NCBI GenBank assembly: GCA_965662235.1
Contig: CBFIGY010000001.1
Coordinates: 352,001-416,000, forward strand
DNA: 64,000 bases
Source of the DNA: an uncultured bacterium
GTDB lineage: Bacteria; SAR324; NAC60-12
Direction: 5' to 3'
Numbering within the stretch: position 1 is the stretch's first letter; each line of letters opens with the position of its first letter. Shown one piece after another: positions 1-9,294 of this stretch. A model generated the notes under the pieces. It was given only the letters and a program-made list of their open reading frames with translations, was not told the DNA's origin and made no database searches. Made by a program: the position numbers and the translations under genes.

Positions 1-8
1 GCAGAAGC

Positions 9-1244
9 TCAGGTGACGGCAGCTCGCTGCTGAAACTCCGGGCGGTCCCAGCGTCGCTCGGAGAGAATCCGCCGCAAGTGCTCCACCGCGGTGCCCACCT
101 GCTGAAAGCTGAGGTAGAGCGGGGCAAACCCGAAACGCATCAGGTTGGGAGCCCGGAAGTCGCCAATCACGCCCTCAGCAATCAGTGCCTGCATGATCGC
201 GTAGGCCTCTTCATGGGCAAAGCTCACCTGAGACCCCCGCTCTTCCGGACGCCGTGGGGTCACCAACTCCAGACCCCATCCGGCGCAGCGGTCTTCCACC
301 AACTCCAGAAAGAGCTGAGTGAGCTGCTCAGACTTCTTCCGGATCCCCTCCATTTCGATTCCCTCAAACACCTCCAGCGCTGCTTCCAGTGCGCTCATCC
401 CCAGAACCGTTGGCGTGCCGCAGAGCAACCGGTCTGCTCCGGAAGCGGGAGTATAGCGTGTTTCAAAGGCGAAGGGTTGCGCATGCCCCAGCCAGCCGGA
501 GAGGGGCTGCTGCAGGGACTCCTGATGCCGCTGGGCGACGTAGACGAACGCCGGTGCTCCCGGGCCGCCGTTGAGGTACTTGTATCCGCACCCCACTGCA
601 AAATCCGCTTCACTGCCATTCAGATCCACCGGCACCGCGCCAGCGCTGTGGGCCAAGTCCCAGATGATGAAGGCGCCAACGTCGTGCGCCTTCCGCGTGA
701 CCGCTTTCAGGTCGTGGAGCCGCCCCGTCCGGTAGTCAACCTGGGTCAGCAGCACAACGGCGACCTGCTCGTCCAGCGCCTCCAGGACGGCTTCAGGCTC
801 AACCAGCTTGAGGGTGCGGGACCGGCTTTCCTGCTGCAGGACGCCTTCGGCAATGTAGAGGTCTGAGGGAAAGTTGCCGGTGTCGCTGAGGACCACCGGT
901 CGGTCTGCACAGAGCTTCAGCGCGGCCGAGAGCACCTTGAAGAGGTTGATGGAAGTGGAATCAGCGGCCCGGACCTCCTCGGGCTGAGCGCCAATCAGTC
1001 GGGCGATGCGGGCACCGACTCGCTGCGGGAGATGCAGCCAGTCTGCGGTGTTCCAGCTGCGGATCAGTCCCTCGCCCCACTCCTGCTGAATGACCTGCTG
1101 AAGGCGAGCAGCAACGTTCCGGGGCAGCGGGCCCAGGGAGTTTCCGTCAAGGTACAGAACCCCTTCCGGGAGGGAAAAGAGGTCACGGGTGGACGAAAGG
1201 GGATCCTGCTGGTCAAGGAGGGCTAAGTCGGAAAATACGGCCAT
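9..1244 (-). CDS. kynU: Kynureninase (PLP)
   Basis: YLDGNSLG, WDLAHSAGA and GCGYKYLNGGPG (PLP Lys) motifs; GGAGG-like RBS not evident but ATG start fits family N-terminus. Confidence 0.93.
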   Translation of the reverse strand: MAVFSDLALLDQQDPLSSTRDLFSLPEGVLYLDGNSLGPLPRNVAARLQQVIQQEWGEGLIRSWNTADWLHLPQRVGARIARLIGAQPEEVRAADSTSINLFKVLSAALKLCADRPVVLSDTGNFPSDLYIAEGVLQQESRSRTLKLVEPEAVLEALDEQVAVVLLTQVDYRTGRLHDLKAVTRKAHDVGAFIIWDLAHSAGAVPVDLNGSEADFAVGCGYKYLNGGPGAPAFVYVAQRHQESLQQPLSGWLGHAQPFAFETRYTPASGADRLLCGTPTVLGMSALEAALEVFEGIEMEGIRKKSEQLTQLFLELVEDRCAGWGLELVTPRRPEERGSQVSFAHEEAYAIMQALIAEGVIGDFRAPNLMRFGFAPLYLSFQQVGTAVEHLRRILSERRWDRPEFQQRAAVT

Positions 1245-1422
1245 GGTTCATTCCGGAGGCAAAGGAGGTGAAGAGAAAGCGCCTTGGCGCTGCGTGTGCG
1301 CTGTTGTCAGCTTGCGCCTCTTCAGGAAGTGGTGTTAGCTTGGCAAATCTTTTCTCACTGCATGCGTGCTTCATCCTGAGGCAAGGCAGCCGATAGCTTA
1401 CAAACAGGTCAGACAAAATAAA

Positions 1423-2895
1423 ATGGAACATTACGATTTGTGTGTGATTGGAGGGGGGCCCTCCGGATATGCGTCAGCCATGCGGGCCGTGGATTATGGG
1501 AAGAAGGTGCTGTTGCTGGAGCGGAATCGCGTGGGCGGAGCCGGCATTTACAACGGGGCGCTGTCGTCGAAAACCTTCTGGGAGCTTTCTCAGAGCGTGG
1601 CAACCATGCACCGTCAGCTGAACAGCTTTGGCCTCGAGGTTCCGAAGATCCACTTTGGCAGCATCCTCAAGGAGGTGGATGACGCAGTGTTTGAGCGCTC
1701 CTCGCAGCTGGAAGACCACCTGCGCCGTGTGGAAAAGGAAAGCGACGGTCAATTCCGTTTTGTCCGAGGCTCCGGACGGCTGCTGAACCCGAATGAGGTG
1801 GAAGTCCGGGGAGACTTTGACCCGTTTGTGGTTCAGGCGGATCACACGATTGTGGCAACCGGAAGCCGCCCCCGTCAGCTACCGAATGTCCCAATTGATG
1901 AGCGGACCATTTTGACAAGCGACGGCATTGGCTCCCTCCGCGAGTTTCCGGAGAGCATTGTCATCGTCGGGGCCGGGGTCATTGGTTGTGAATTTGCCAC
2001 CATCTTTTCTGCGTTTGGCCGCACCAACGTACGCCTGATTGCCCGTGATGATCACATTCTTCCCTTTGAGGACCGGGACCTCTCTCGGGTCATTGAGGAG
2101 AACATGGAGTCCAACGGCGTGCTCATTCACCGCAACGCAAGCCTGGTGTCCATGGACATCATTCACGGGCGCGTTCACTACGTCATCTCGTATCCGGACG
2201 GTAGCGAAGAGGCTTTTGAGGCAGAGAAGGCGCTCATTTCCATTGGGCGGGTGCCCAACATTGAAAACACCGGCCTGAAGGACCTGCAGGTAAACCTCGA
2301 CCGAGGAGGGTGTGTGGACGATGACGACACGCAGACGAACATTGGCAACATCTACGCGGTGGGAGACATGACCGCGGACATTGCGCTCGTGAACGTCGGG
2401 GAGCTGGAGGGACGGCATGCGGTGGAGCGCATCTTCGGGAATGCCCAGAACCGGCTCATCTATGAAAACATCTCGACCATCATGTTCCTCAGTCCCGAAG
2501 TCGCGGGCGTTGGCATGAACGAGCAGCAGGCGCAGAAGGCCGGCATTCCGTACCGAGTGGCCAGCTTTGACTTCCGGTGCATTCCACGGGCGGTGGCCAT
2601 GAGGCGGACCCAGGGCTTCTTCAAGATTCTGGTGACCGATGATGAGGAGATGCGCATTTTGGGAATGCGAGCCCTTGGTGAGCATGCGTCTTCAGCCATT
2701 CAGGCAGTGGCGCTGCTGATTTCAATGAACAAGGGCATTGAGGAGCTGGCGGAGTTGATTCACCCGCATCCCTCCATCATTGAGGGAATTCAGGAGTGCG
2801 TCCGCATGCTCCTCGGGAAGTCCATCTACAAGCCGTCCATCTTCAACGAGATGCTCCGGCTGCAAAGCTGGAAAGACGGGCACTACGTCTCTTGA
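1423..2895 (+). CDS. FAD/NAD(P) pyridine nucleotide-disulfide oxidoreductase family (Lpd/SthA-like) lacking redox cysteines
   Basis: GGGPSG FAD motif, ATGSRP, GAGVIGCE NAD motif, IYAVGD, C-terminal HPHPSIIE; start moved to ATG 1423 (MEHYDLCVIGG). Confidence 0.85.
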   Translation: MEHYDLCVIGGGPSGYASAMRAVDYGKKVLLLERNRVGGAGIYNGALSSKTFWELSQSVATMHRQLNSFGLEVPKIHFGSILKEVDDAVFERSSQLEDHLRRVEKESDGQFRFVRGSGRLLNPNEVEVRGDFDPFVVQADHTIVATGSRPRQLPNVPIDERTILTSDGIGSLREFPESIVIVGAGVIGCEFATIFSAFGRTNVRLIARDDHILPFEDRDLSRVIEENMESNGVLIHRNASLVSMDIIHGRVHYVISYPDGSEEAFEAEKALISIGRVPNIENTGLKDLQVNLDRGGCVDDDDTQTNIGNIYAVGDMTADIALVNVGELEGRHAVERIFGNAQNRLIYENISTIMFLSPEVAGVGMNEQQAQKAGIPYRVASFDFRCIPRAVAMRRTQGFFKILVTDDEEMRILGMRALGEHASSAIQAVALLISMNKGIEELAELIHPHPSIIEGIQECVRMLLGKSIYKPSIFNEMLRLQSWKDGHYVS

Positions 2896-3809
2896 CGGCG
2901 CTGATTGGCTTGGACTGGGGCACCACCTCGCTCCGGGCGTATCGGTTGGACGCCTCCGGCGCAGTGCAGGAGGTCCGGTCGGGCCCGCACGGTGTGCTGC
3001 AGGTTCCGGCAGGAGGCTTTGAGGCGATTCTGACCGAGTGGATCGGAGACTGGCTGAAGCCAGATCTGCCGATCCTAGCATCGGGCATGGTGGGAAGCCG
3101 CCAGGGCTGGGTGGAGGTTCCTTACCAACGGCTTCCCTGTGGACCAGAAGAGCTGGCTGCGCACCTGCTGCCGGTGCCGCTGCAGAGTGGAGGAATGGTG
3201 CAGATCGTTCCGGGCGTGTGCGATGAAGACGCCCGGGGGCACCGAGACGTCATGCGTGGCGAGGAGACGCAGGTCATTGGGACGGCTGTCTCGTCTGGGC
3301 TGCTGATCCTTCCGGGGTCACACAGCAAGTGGGTGCAGGTGCAGAACGGACGCCTGGAGCGGCACCGGACGTTTCTGACAGGAGAGCTCTTTGCGGCCCT
3401 CCACCAGCACACGCTGCTGGGACGCCTGATGACGTCCACAGACCCTCACCCGGAAGCCTTTGCCCGAGGTGTGGAAGAGGCGCAGCAGGAAGCAGGGGCG
3501 TCCGGAGGCCTGCTGCACCAGCTCTTTGGAGTCCGGACGCTGGGACTGTTTGAGCAGCTTCCGGCGGAGGGCCTGTACGATTACCTTTCCGGACTGCTCA
3601 TTGGCACAGAGATTCGGGACGCGCACACCGCCTTTCCGGACGCCGCTCAGGCCCCGGTGCTGGTTGTGGGAACCGATGCCCTCAGCGAACGGTACCGTCA
3701 CGCCCTCACCCTTGCGGGAGTGGCCAATGAAGCAGGGCCTCCCGAGGCAGCAGCACGAGGGCTGTTCCACCTGGCCCGGCTCCAGGCCGGAGCCTCTTCA
3801 CTTCCTTAG
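2892..3809 (+). CDS. dgoK: 2-dehydro-3-deoxygalactonokinase
   Basis: IGLDWGTTSLRAY, GMVGSRQGWVE, DVMRGEETQ, LPGSHSKW; TTG start overlaps upstream TGA (TTGA). Confidence 0.92.
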   Translation: MTALIGLDWGTTSLRAYRLDASGAVQEVRSGPHGVLQVPAGGFEAILTEWIGDWLKPDLPILASGMVGSRQGWVEVPYQRLPCGPEELAAHLLPVPLQSGGMVQIVPGVCDEDARGHRDVMRGEETQVIGTAVSSGLLILPGSHSKWVQVQNGRLERHRTFLTGELFAALHQHTLLGRLMTSTDPHPEAFARGVEEAQQEAGASGGLLHQLFGVRTLGLFEQLPAEGLYDYLSGLLIGTEIRDAHTAFPDAAQAPVLVVGTDALSERYRHALTLAGVANEAGPPEAAARGLFHLARLQAGASSLP

Positions 3810-3829
3810 ACTCATCCATGAGGCAGAGC

Positions 3830-4600
3830 ATGACGCAGGCAGTGTATCCGGACCTGAAGGACCGGGTGGTTCTCATCACCGGTGGAGCAACAGGCATTGG
3901 CGCATCCATTGTGGAAGCGTTTGTGGAGCAAGGCAGCCACGTGGCCTTTCTCGACATCCAGGAGCAGGCGGGGAAGGAATGGGCGTCTCAGCTTTCTGTC
4001 CGGGAAGTCGGACCGTCTCCGCTGTTTGTGCTCTGTGACCTGACGGATCCGCAGGCCATTCAGGGGGCCGTGAAGCAGGTGGAGGACTGGTTTGGCCCCA
4101 TCCGGGTGCTGGTGAACAATGCCGCAAACGACGAACGGCATGACGCGAGTGCAGTGACGCCGGATTACTGGGAGGAGTGCTTTCGCCGGAACCTGAACCA
4201 CTATTTTTACCTCGCCCAAGCCGTTTATGATAAAATGGCGGACGCTGGTGGAGGGTCCATCATTAATCTCGGCTCCGTCAGCTGGCGGATTGCTCAGGGC
4301 GACATGCCGGGCTACACCACGGCGAAAGCAGCGGTGGAGGGCCTCACGGTCAGCCTAGCCCGGGCCTATGGCGCACAGCAGATTCGGGTGAACTGCATTG
4401 TGCCAGGGTCCGTTCCCACTGAGCGACAGATCCGAGAGGTCCTGACTCCGGAAGTCCGGCAGTACCTAATGGAGCACCAGTGCCTGCCTGGAATGATCAC
4501 CCCACACGATATTGCGCAAATGGCGCTGTTCTTAGGCTCAGATGTGAGCCGTTTTTGCACACGAGGCATCTACACCGTTGATGCTGGGCTGGGAGCTTAG
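3830..4600 (+). CDS. SDR aldose 1-dehydrogenase (D-xylose/D-galactose dehydrogenase-like)
   Basis: TGGATGIG, NNAANDERH, YTTAK; resembles Caulobacter xylose dehydrogenase type; next to dgoK; GAGG RBS before ATG 3830. Confidence 0.8.
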   Translation: MTQAVYPDLKDRVVLITGGATGIGASIVEAFVEQGSHVAFLDIQEQAGKEWASQLSVREVGPSPLFVLCDLTDPQAIQGAVKQVEDWFGPIRVLVNNAANDERHDASAVTPDYWEECFRRNLNHYFYLAQAVYDKMADAGGGSIINLGSVSWRIAQGDMPGYTTAKAAVEGLTVSLARAYGAQQIRVNCIVPGSVPTERQIREVLTPEVRQYLMEHQCLPGMITPHDIAQMALFLGSDVSRFCTRGIYTVDAGLGA

Positions 4601-4632
4601 CAGGCAGGTGCCCACTTTGAGTTCTGAAAACC

Positions 4633-5691
4633 GTGTCGTTACCCTCATTTGACCCCAAAGACCACCCGCACCGCCGTTACAACCCGCTCACTGGCCAGTG
4701 GATCCTGGTCTCCCCTCATCGGGCAAAGCGTCCGTGGAGTGGCCAGAACGAAGCCCCTTCGGGGGCTCAGCCCCCTGCTTATGACCCAAAGTGCTACCTG
4801 TGTCCCGGCAACGAACGCATCTCCGGAGACCGCAACCCTGCCTACACGGAGACATTTGTCTTCACCAACGATTTTGGGGCTCTGCTGCCCACCACCCCAC
4901 CGGCATCCGTCCAGGACCATCCCCTGTTTCGGCTAGAAAGCGTGCAGGGGGTCAGTCGAGTAATCTGCTTTTCTCCTGACCACAGCAAGACGCTTCCGGA
5001 GCTTCCGGAGTCTGCCATCCGAGGGGTGATTGCAACTTGGGAGGCTGAGATTGAGCGCCTGTCTCAGGAGTACCTCTGGGTGATGGTGTTTGAGAACAAG
5101 GGCGAGGTCATGGGGTGCTCCCAGCCACATCCGCATGGACAGGTTTGGGCCAACAGCTTTCTGCCGAATGAAATTGAGCGCAAGGACCAGCTGCTCAAGG
5201 CCTACTTTGAGGAGCAGGGCTCGAACCTGCTGGTGGATTATGCCCAGGCGGAACGTGCAGATGGCGCCCGGACCGTTTTGGAGACGGAGCATTGGCTGGC
5301 TGTGGTTCCGTGGTGGGCGGCATGGCCCTTTGAGACGCTCTTGCTTCCCAAAGCGGAGGCGCATCGGTTCAGTGACCTGACGGAGCCGCAGCGTCAGGAC
5401 CTTGCAACCGCCCTGAAGCGCCTGACCACCCGCTACGACAACCTCTTCGAGTGCTCCTTCCCCTACTCCATGGGGTGGCACTTTGCCCCGTTCTTTTCTG
5501 CTGAAACCGACATTCGCCATTGGCAGCTGCACGCTTTGTTTTACCCGCCTCTGCTCCGGTCGGCAACGGTCCGGAAGTTCATGGTGGGGTACGAGATGCT
5601 CGCTGAGCCCCAACGCGACCTGACCCCTGAGCAAGCTGCGGAACGCCTCCGGGCCCTCAGTGAACACCATTACAAACAGACCTCCTCATGA
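4633..5691 (+). CDS. galT: Galactose-1-phosphate uridylyltransferase
   Basis: [33 protein letters not shown] active site, RKFMVGYE. Confidence 0.96.
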   Translation: MSLPSFDPKDHPHRRYNPLTGQWILVSPHRAKRPWSGQNEAPSGAQPPAYDPKCYLCPGNERISGDRNPAYTETFVFTNDFGALLPTTPPASVQDHPLFRLESVQGVSRVICFSPDHSKTLPELPESAIRGVIATWEAEIERLSQEYLWVMVFENKGEVMGCSQPHPHGQVWANSFLPNEIERKDQLLKAYFEEQGSNLLVDYAQAERADGARTVLETEHWLAVVPWWAAWPFETLLLPKAEAHRFSDLTEPQRQDLATALKRLTTRYDNLFECSFPYSMGWHFAPFFSAETDIRHWQLHALFYPPLLRSATVRKFMVGYEMLAEPQRDLTPEQAAERLRALSEHHYKQTSS

Positions 5692-6842
5692 CCGCTTTAA
5701 CGGAAACCCTCGCCTCGCTTTTTGAAAAAAGCTACTCCGATTCACCAGAGTGGTGGATCCGCGCTCCAGGTCGTGTGAACCTGATTGGCGAGCACACGGA
5801 CTACAACGAGGGATTTGTTCTGCCCTGCGCCATTGACTACGAGACGGTGATTGCCGCGAAGCCCCGACCAGATCAGCAGATCCGGGTGGTCTCTGCGGAC
5901 TATCCAGGGGAGCAGGACGAGTTTGATTTGCAGGCGCCCATTGAGTTTCAACCGGACCGCCTGTGGGTCAACTACATCCGGGGCGTGGTGCAGTCGTTCC
6001 AGAAAGCGGGCTTGACGCTGGGAGGAATGGACCTAGCGATTCAGGGAAACATTCCGCAAGGAGCCGGGCTGAGCTCGTCGGCATCCCTAGAGGTTGCCGT
6101 GGGGCAGACCCTCAAGGAGCTGTTTGACCTGCCATTGACGCAGACGGACCTTGCTCTGCACGGCCAGCAAGCTGAGAACCACTTTGTGGGGTGCAACAGC
6201 GGCATCATGGATCAGCTGATTTCAGCAAAAGGACAGCAGCACCATGCTCTGTTGATTGACTGCCGTTCGCTGGAAACGCGTGCCGTGCCAATGCCGGAAG
6301 ACTTTGTCGTTGTGATCATCAACTCCAACAAGAAGCGGGGGCTGGTGGACAGCTTTTACAACCAGCGACGCGAGCAGTGCACGCAGGCCGCCGAGGTGCT
6401 GGAGGTTCCGGCTCTTCGAGATGCGACCCAGGAGCTTTTTGAGCAAAAGCAGCACCTGCTGGAGCCGGTGATGGCCCGCCGAGCCCGCCACGTGATCACG
6501 GAAAACGCCCGGACCCTGGAAGCCGCGAAAGCACTGGCACAGGGAGACCTGAAGCGGCTGGGGGAATTGATGATGGACTCTCATGCGTCCATGCGGGACG
6601 ACTTTGAAATTACGGTTCCAGAGATTGACCTGCTGGTGTCCTTGGTCAAGGAGGTGATTGGTCCTCAAGGCGGGGTCCGGATGACCGGAGGTGGCTTCGG
6701 CGGATGTGTTGTGGCGGTGGTGCCTCCGGATGCGGTGGAACCCGTCCGGGCTGCCGTGGCAGAACAGTATGAAGCGCAGACCGGCCTCAAGGAGTCCTTC
6801 TACGTCTGCCACGCCTCTGAAGGGGCAGGGCGAATGGCGTGA
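5688..6842 (+). CDS. galK: Galactokinase
   Basis: [38 protein letters not shown] overlap with galT. Confidence 0.96.
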   Translation: MTALTETLASLFEKSYSDSPEWWIRAPGRVNLIGEHTDYNEGFVLPCAIDYETVIAAKPRPDQQIRVVSADYPGEQDEFDLQAPIEFQPDRLWVNYIRGVVQSFQKAGLTLGGMDLAIQGNIPQGAGLSSSASLEVAVGQTLKELFDLPLTQTDLALHGQQAENHFVGCNSGIMDQLISAKGQQHHALLIDCRSLETRAVPMPEDFVVVIINSNKKRGLVDSFYNQRREQCTQAAEVLEVPALRDATQELFEQKQHLLEPVMARRARHVITENARTLEAAKALAQGDLKRLGELMMDSHASMRDDFEITVPEIDLLVSLVKEVIGPQGGVRMTGGGFGGCVVAVVPPDAVEPVRAAVAEQYEAQTGLKESFYVCHASEGAGRMA

Positions 6843-7166
6843 TCCTTCAGGGGCAACCCTAATCCGTGGCTCATCGAACCTGAATCCGGGCGCACTAGAG
6901 TGAAGGGGCCTGATCATGGGCAACCGACACCGAACAAGTGTAGCCCGATGCCTCCTCCCCTTTTCACGGTGCCTTCCGGGTCAATCAATAACGGCTCTGC
7001 CCGACGATGCTTGTTCGGTGCCTCCTTCCCAACCGCGTGTCCTTCCAGCTCCTCCAGCGGCTTCTCCCTTCCGGGGCCGTTGCTGCGCCAGGTGTCCCTT
7101 GGGGTTCGTTTGGAACCCAATCATCATCCACTAAAAACATATCCTGAACACGAGGCGCTTATGCTG

Positions 7167-7200
7167 AGGGACTCAGTGCTCCACCGTCGGAGTCCCTTTT
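7167..7200 (+). terminator. Terminator-like hairpin in leader of the 7235 gene
   Basis: AGGGACTC (7167-7174) / GAGTCCCT (7190-7197) stem followed by short T-run. Confidence 0.35.
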
Positions 7201-7234
7201 CCTCCAGTCAACCCTCTCTTGGATATGGTGAAGA

Positions 7235-7843
7235 ATGAAAAGCTTCTTGGATGCGCTTCGTGAGCAACGCTGGGACGACCACCGGTTTTACCACCAAAGC
7301 CGGATCAATCAGTCCCTGCACCTAGTGAGCGCCATCAGCTTCTTGTGCGTGTATGTGCTGATTTTTACGGACCCCGTGATGGCCGCCTTGGTCGGGTGGT
7401 TGTTTTCAATGGTGACTCGGCAGGTGGGGCACTTCTTCTTTGAGCCCAAGGAATACGATCAGGTCAACGCCGCGACGCATGAGTACAAGGAGTCGATCAA
7501 GGTCGGGTACAACCTGTTCCGGAAGGTCATCCTCCTGAGCATCTGGATCGCAACCCCGGTGGTGCTTTACTGGGATCCCACCTTCTTTGGACTGTTTGAG
7601 CCATACACGGATTCCTACGGGTTCCTGCACAGCATGTCGGTGCTGTGGATCTCTGTGGGAGTGGGGGCCGTGCTGTTCCGCATGGTGCACCTCTTCTTCC
7701 TCCAGGGCATTCAGGCCGGAGTGGTCTGGGTCACCAAGATCATCACCGACCCGTTCCACGACATCATGCTCTACTGGAAGTCCCCATTTTACCTGCTCCG
7801 GGGGGAACTTCTTGATCCAATGTACGAAGTCCGCCACGCGTAA
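7235..7843 (+). CDS. Membrane protein, Mpo1/DUF962-like
   Basis: Several hydrophobic helices; His motifs H..SRINQSLH and GHFFFEPK resemble Mpo1-like metal-binding pattern. Confidence 0.65.
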   Translation: MKSFLDALREQRWDDHRFYHQSRINQSLHLVSAISFLCVYVLIFTDPVMAALVGWLFSMVTRQVGHFFFEPKEYDQVNAATHEYKESIKVGYNLFRKVILLSIWIATPVVLYWDPTFFGLFEPYTDSYGFLHSMSVLWISVGVGAVLFRMVHLFFLQGIQAGVVWVTKIITDPFHDIMLYWKSPFYLLRGELLDPMYEVRHA

Positions 7844-7863
7844 ACGCCTCCTCGGCTTCAGGC

Positions 7864-8709
7864 GTGGAAACTCCGCAGGCCTGCGAGCAGGGCTGGACGG
7901 ATCAAGGCACGTGGTACCTCCGGGAAGGTCCTGCAGACGGACCGCTGCTCCTGCTGATCCACGGAGCAACGGTTCCGTCTTGGGAGTTTGAGCGGCTGGT
8001 CCCCTACCTGTGGGCAGGGGGCTGGCAGACCCTGCGGTTTGACCTGCTGGGGCATGGACAGTCCGCCCGCCCAGAGATTCCCTACACCCGAGACGCCTTT
8101 GTGGACCAGGCCGAAGCCCTGCTTCAGGCCCTGAAGGTGCCGCAGCCTTTTTGCATCTTGGGGCACTCGTTGGGAGCGGTCCTTGGGGCGACTCTGGCGA
8201 GCCGAATGCCTGCTTCTGTGCAGGCTCTGGTGCTGGTGGCGCCGATGCTGAATTTTACGAGTGGCCGTCTCTGGCCTCGCCTGCTGCAGGCCGATCCGTG
8301 GGGCGCGTGGTTCATGCGGAGCGTGGTGGTGCCGTTGCTGAAGCGTCGGCGGCAGAGGCGGTATGAAGCAATAGGAGCGCCGGAGCTGATTGAACGGTTT
8401 GAAGAGCAGCTGGCGCGTCCCGGATTCGACCGAGCATTACGGTCGATGTTCCAGCAGCAAACTCTGGGAGATCAGCGACTTGTGTATCAGGAAGCATCAG
8501 CCCTGAGCCTGCCCAAACTGGTTATATGGGGCGAGGAGGACCACGTGGTCTCTGCAGCACAAATCACCGTGCTCCGGAGGCTTTTGGGAGCGCATGAGTT
8601 TTTTCAGGGAACCGCTATGGAGCACAACCTGCTGCTGACCCATACGGCCGCAGTGGCTCCTGTCCTGCTGGATTTTCTTGCAGCGTCACCTCTTGGAAGG
8701 AGGGTCTGA
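7864..8709 (+). CDS. Alpha/beta-fold hydrolase
   Basis: LLIHG, DLLGHGQS, GHSLG nucleophile elbow, WGEED, C-terminal His. Confidence 0.88.
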   Translation: METPQACEQGWTDQGTWYLREGPADGPLLLLIHGATVPSWEFERLVPYLWAGGWQTLRFDLLGHGQSARPEIPYTRDAFVDQAEALLQALKVPQPFCILGHSLGAVLGATLASRMPASVQALVLVAPMLNFTSGRLWPRLLQADPWGAWFMRSVVVPLLKRRRQRRYEAIGAPELIERFEEQLARPGFDRALRSMFQQQTLGDQRLVYQEASALSLPKLVIWGEEDHVVSAAQITVLRRLLGAHEFFQGTAMEHNLLLTHTAAVAPVLLDFLAASPLGRRV

Positions 8710-8867
8710 TGGAAAAAGCCGTTTACCTGGTGCTACTGGCGGCCGTAGCTCTGTTTTCCACGGAAATCCGGCGCCTCAGTCGACTGCTCGACTGCCCACC
8801 TCGGCTCTTTGCACTCCTGCTGCTCGGATCCTCTCTCTTCCTTGTGGGGTGCCTTTCAGGCATCTGA
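8709..8867 (+). CDS. 52-aa two-helix membrane protein (absent from ORF track)
   Basis: MEKAVYLVLLAAVALFSTEIRRLSRLLDCPPRLFALLLLGSSLFLVGCLSGI; TGATG overlap with hydrolase stop, GGAGG RBS. Confidence 0.6.
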   Translation: MEKAVYLVLLAAVALFSTEIRRLSRLLDCPPRLFALLLLGSSLFLVGCLSGI

Positions 8868-8975
8868 TGCCCCCTTTCCTGCCTCTTTCCAGAACCCCCC
8901 TCCGATTCGGAATCGGCCTGCTTTCCGGGCTTGCCTGAGGACTGGTGCCTGGACTCAGGTGACAGGAACCTGGTG

Positions 8976-9293
8976 TTACGGAATCTCAATGTCCAGCAGC
9001 GGGGCATACTGCTGGGCGCCAAAAATGTCCGGGTCACCCGGGCTGCCGCTTGGACGGTTGCGGTAAATGGTGAACTTGATTGCATTGGCCGGGTCGTATT
9101 CCACAAAGTCGGCAATCCGCTCTTCAGAAATGTTGAAGAGGGCCGCGACTGAGCCGCGTGTCAGAACCTGACTCTGCTTAACTCGCTCATAGTCAGCGGT
9201 TTCCCGGAAGATGATGTCGAAGGTGATCTTGTTGACCCCGGCGTTTTTGGAACGAATGGTTTTGGCCAGCTCAGAAAGTTTCTTGGGTGCCAT
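8976..9293 (-). CDS. DUF4387 family protein
   Basis: LAKTIRSKNAG...ITFDIIF, AIKFTI, DIFGAQQYAPLLD; 1 bp downstream of the AtuA-like gene. Confidence 0.85.
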   Translation of the reverse strand: MAPKKLSELAKTIRSKNAGVNKITFDIIFRETADYERVKQSQVLTRGSVAALFNISEERIADFVEYDPANAIKFTIYRNRPSGSPGDPDIFGAQQYAPLLDIEIP

Positions 9294-9294
9294 C

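Noticed and set aside
6966..6990. CCGGAAGG tetraloop on the minus strand suggesting SRP RNA
   Set aside because: Flanks lack the CAGG...AGCAG internal-loop consensus.
6900..7238. ORFs of 68-112 aa in the galK-7235 gap
   Set aside because: Pro/Ser/Arg-rich, no RBS, and conflicting frames.
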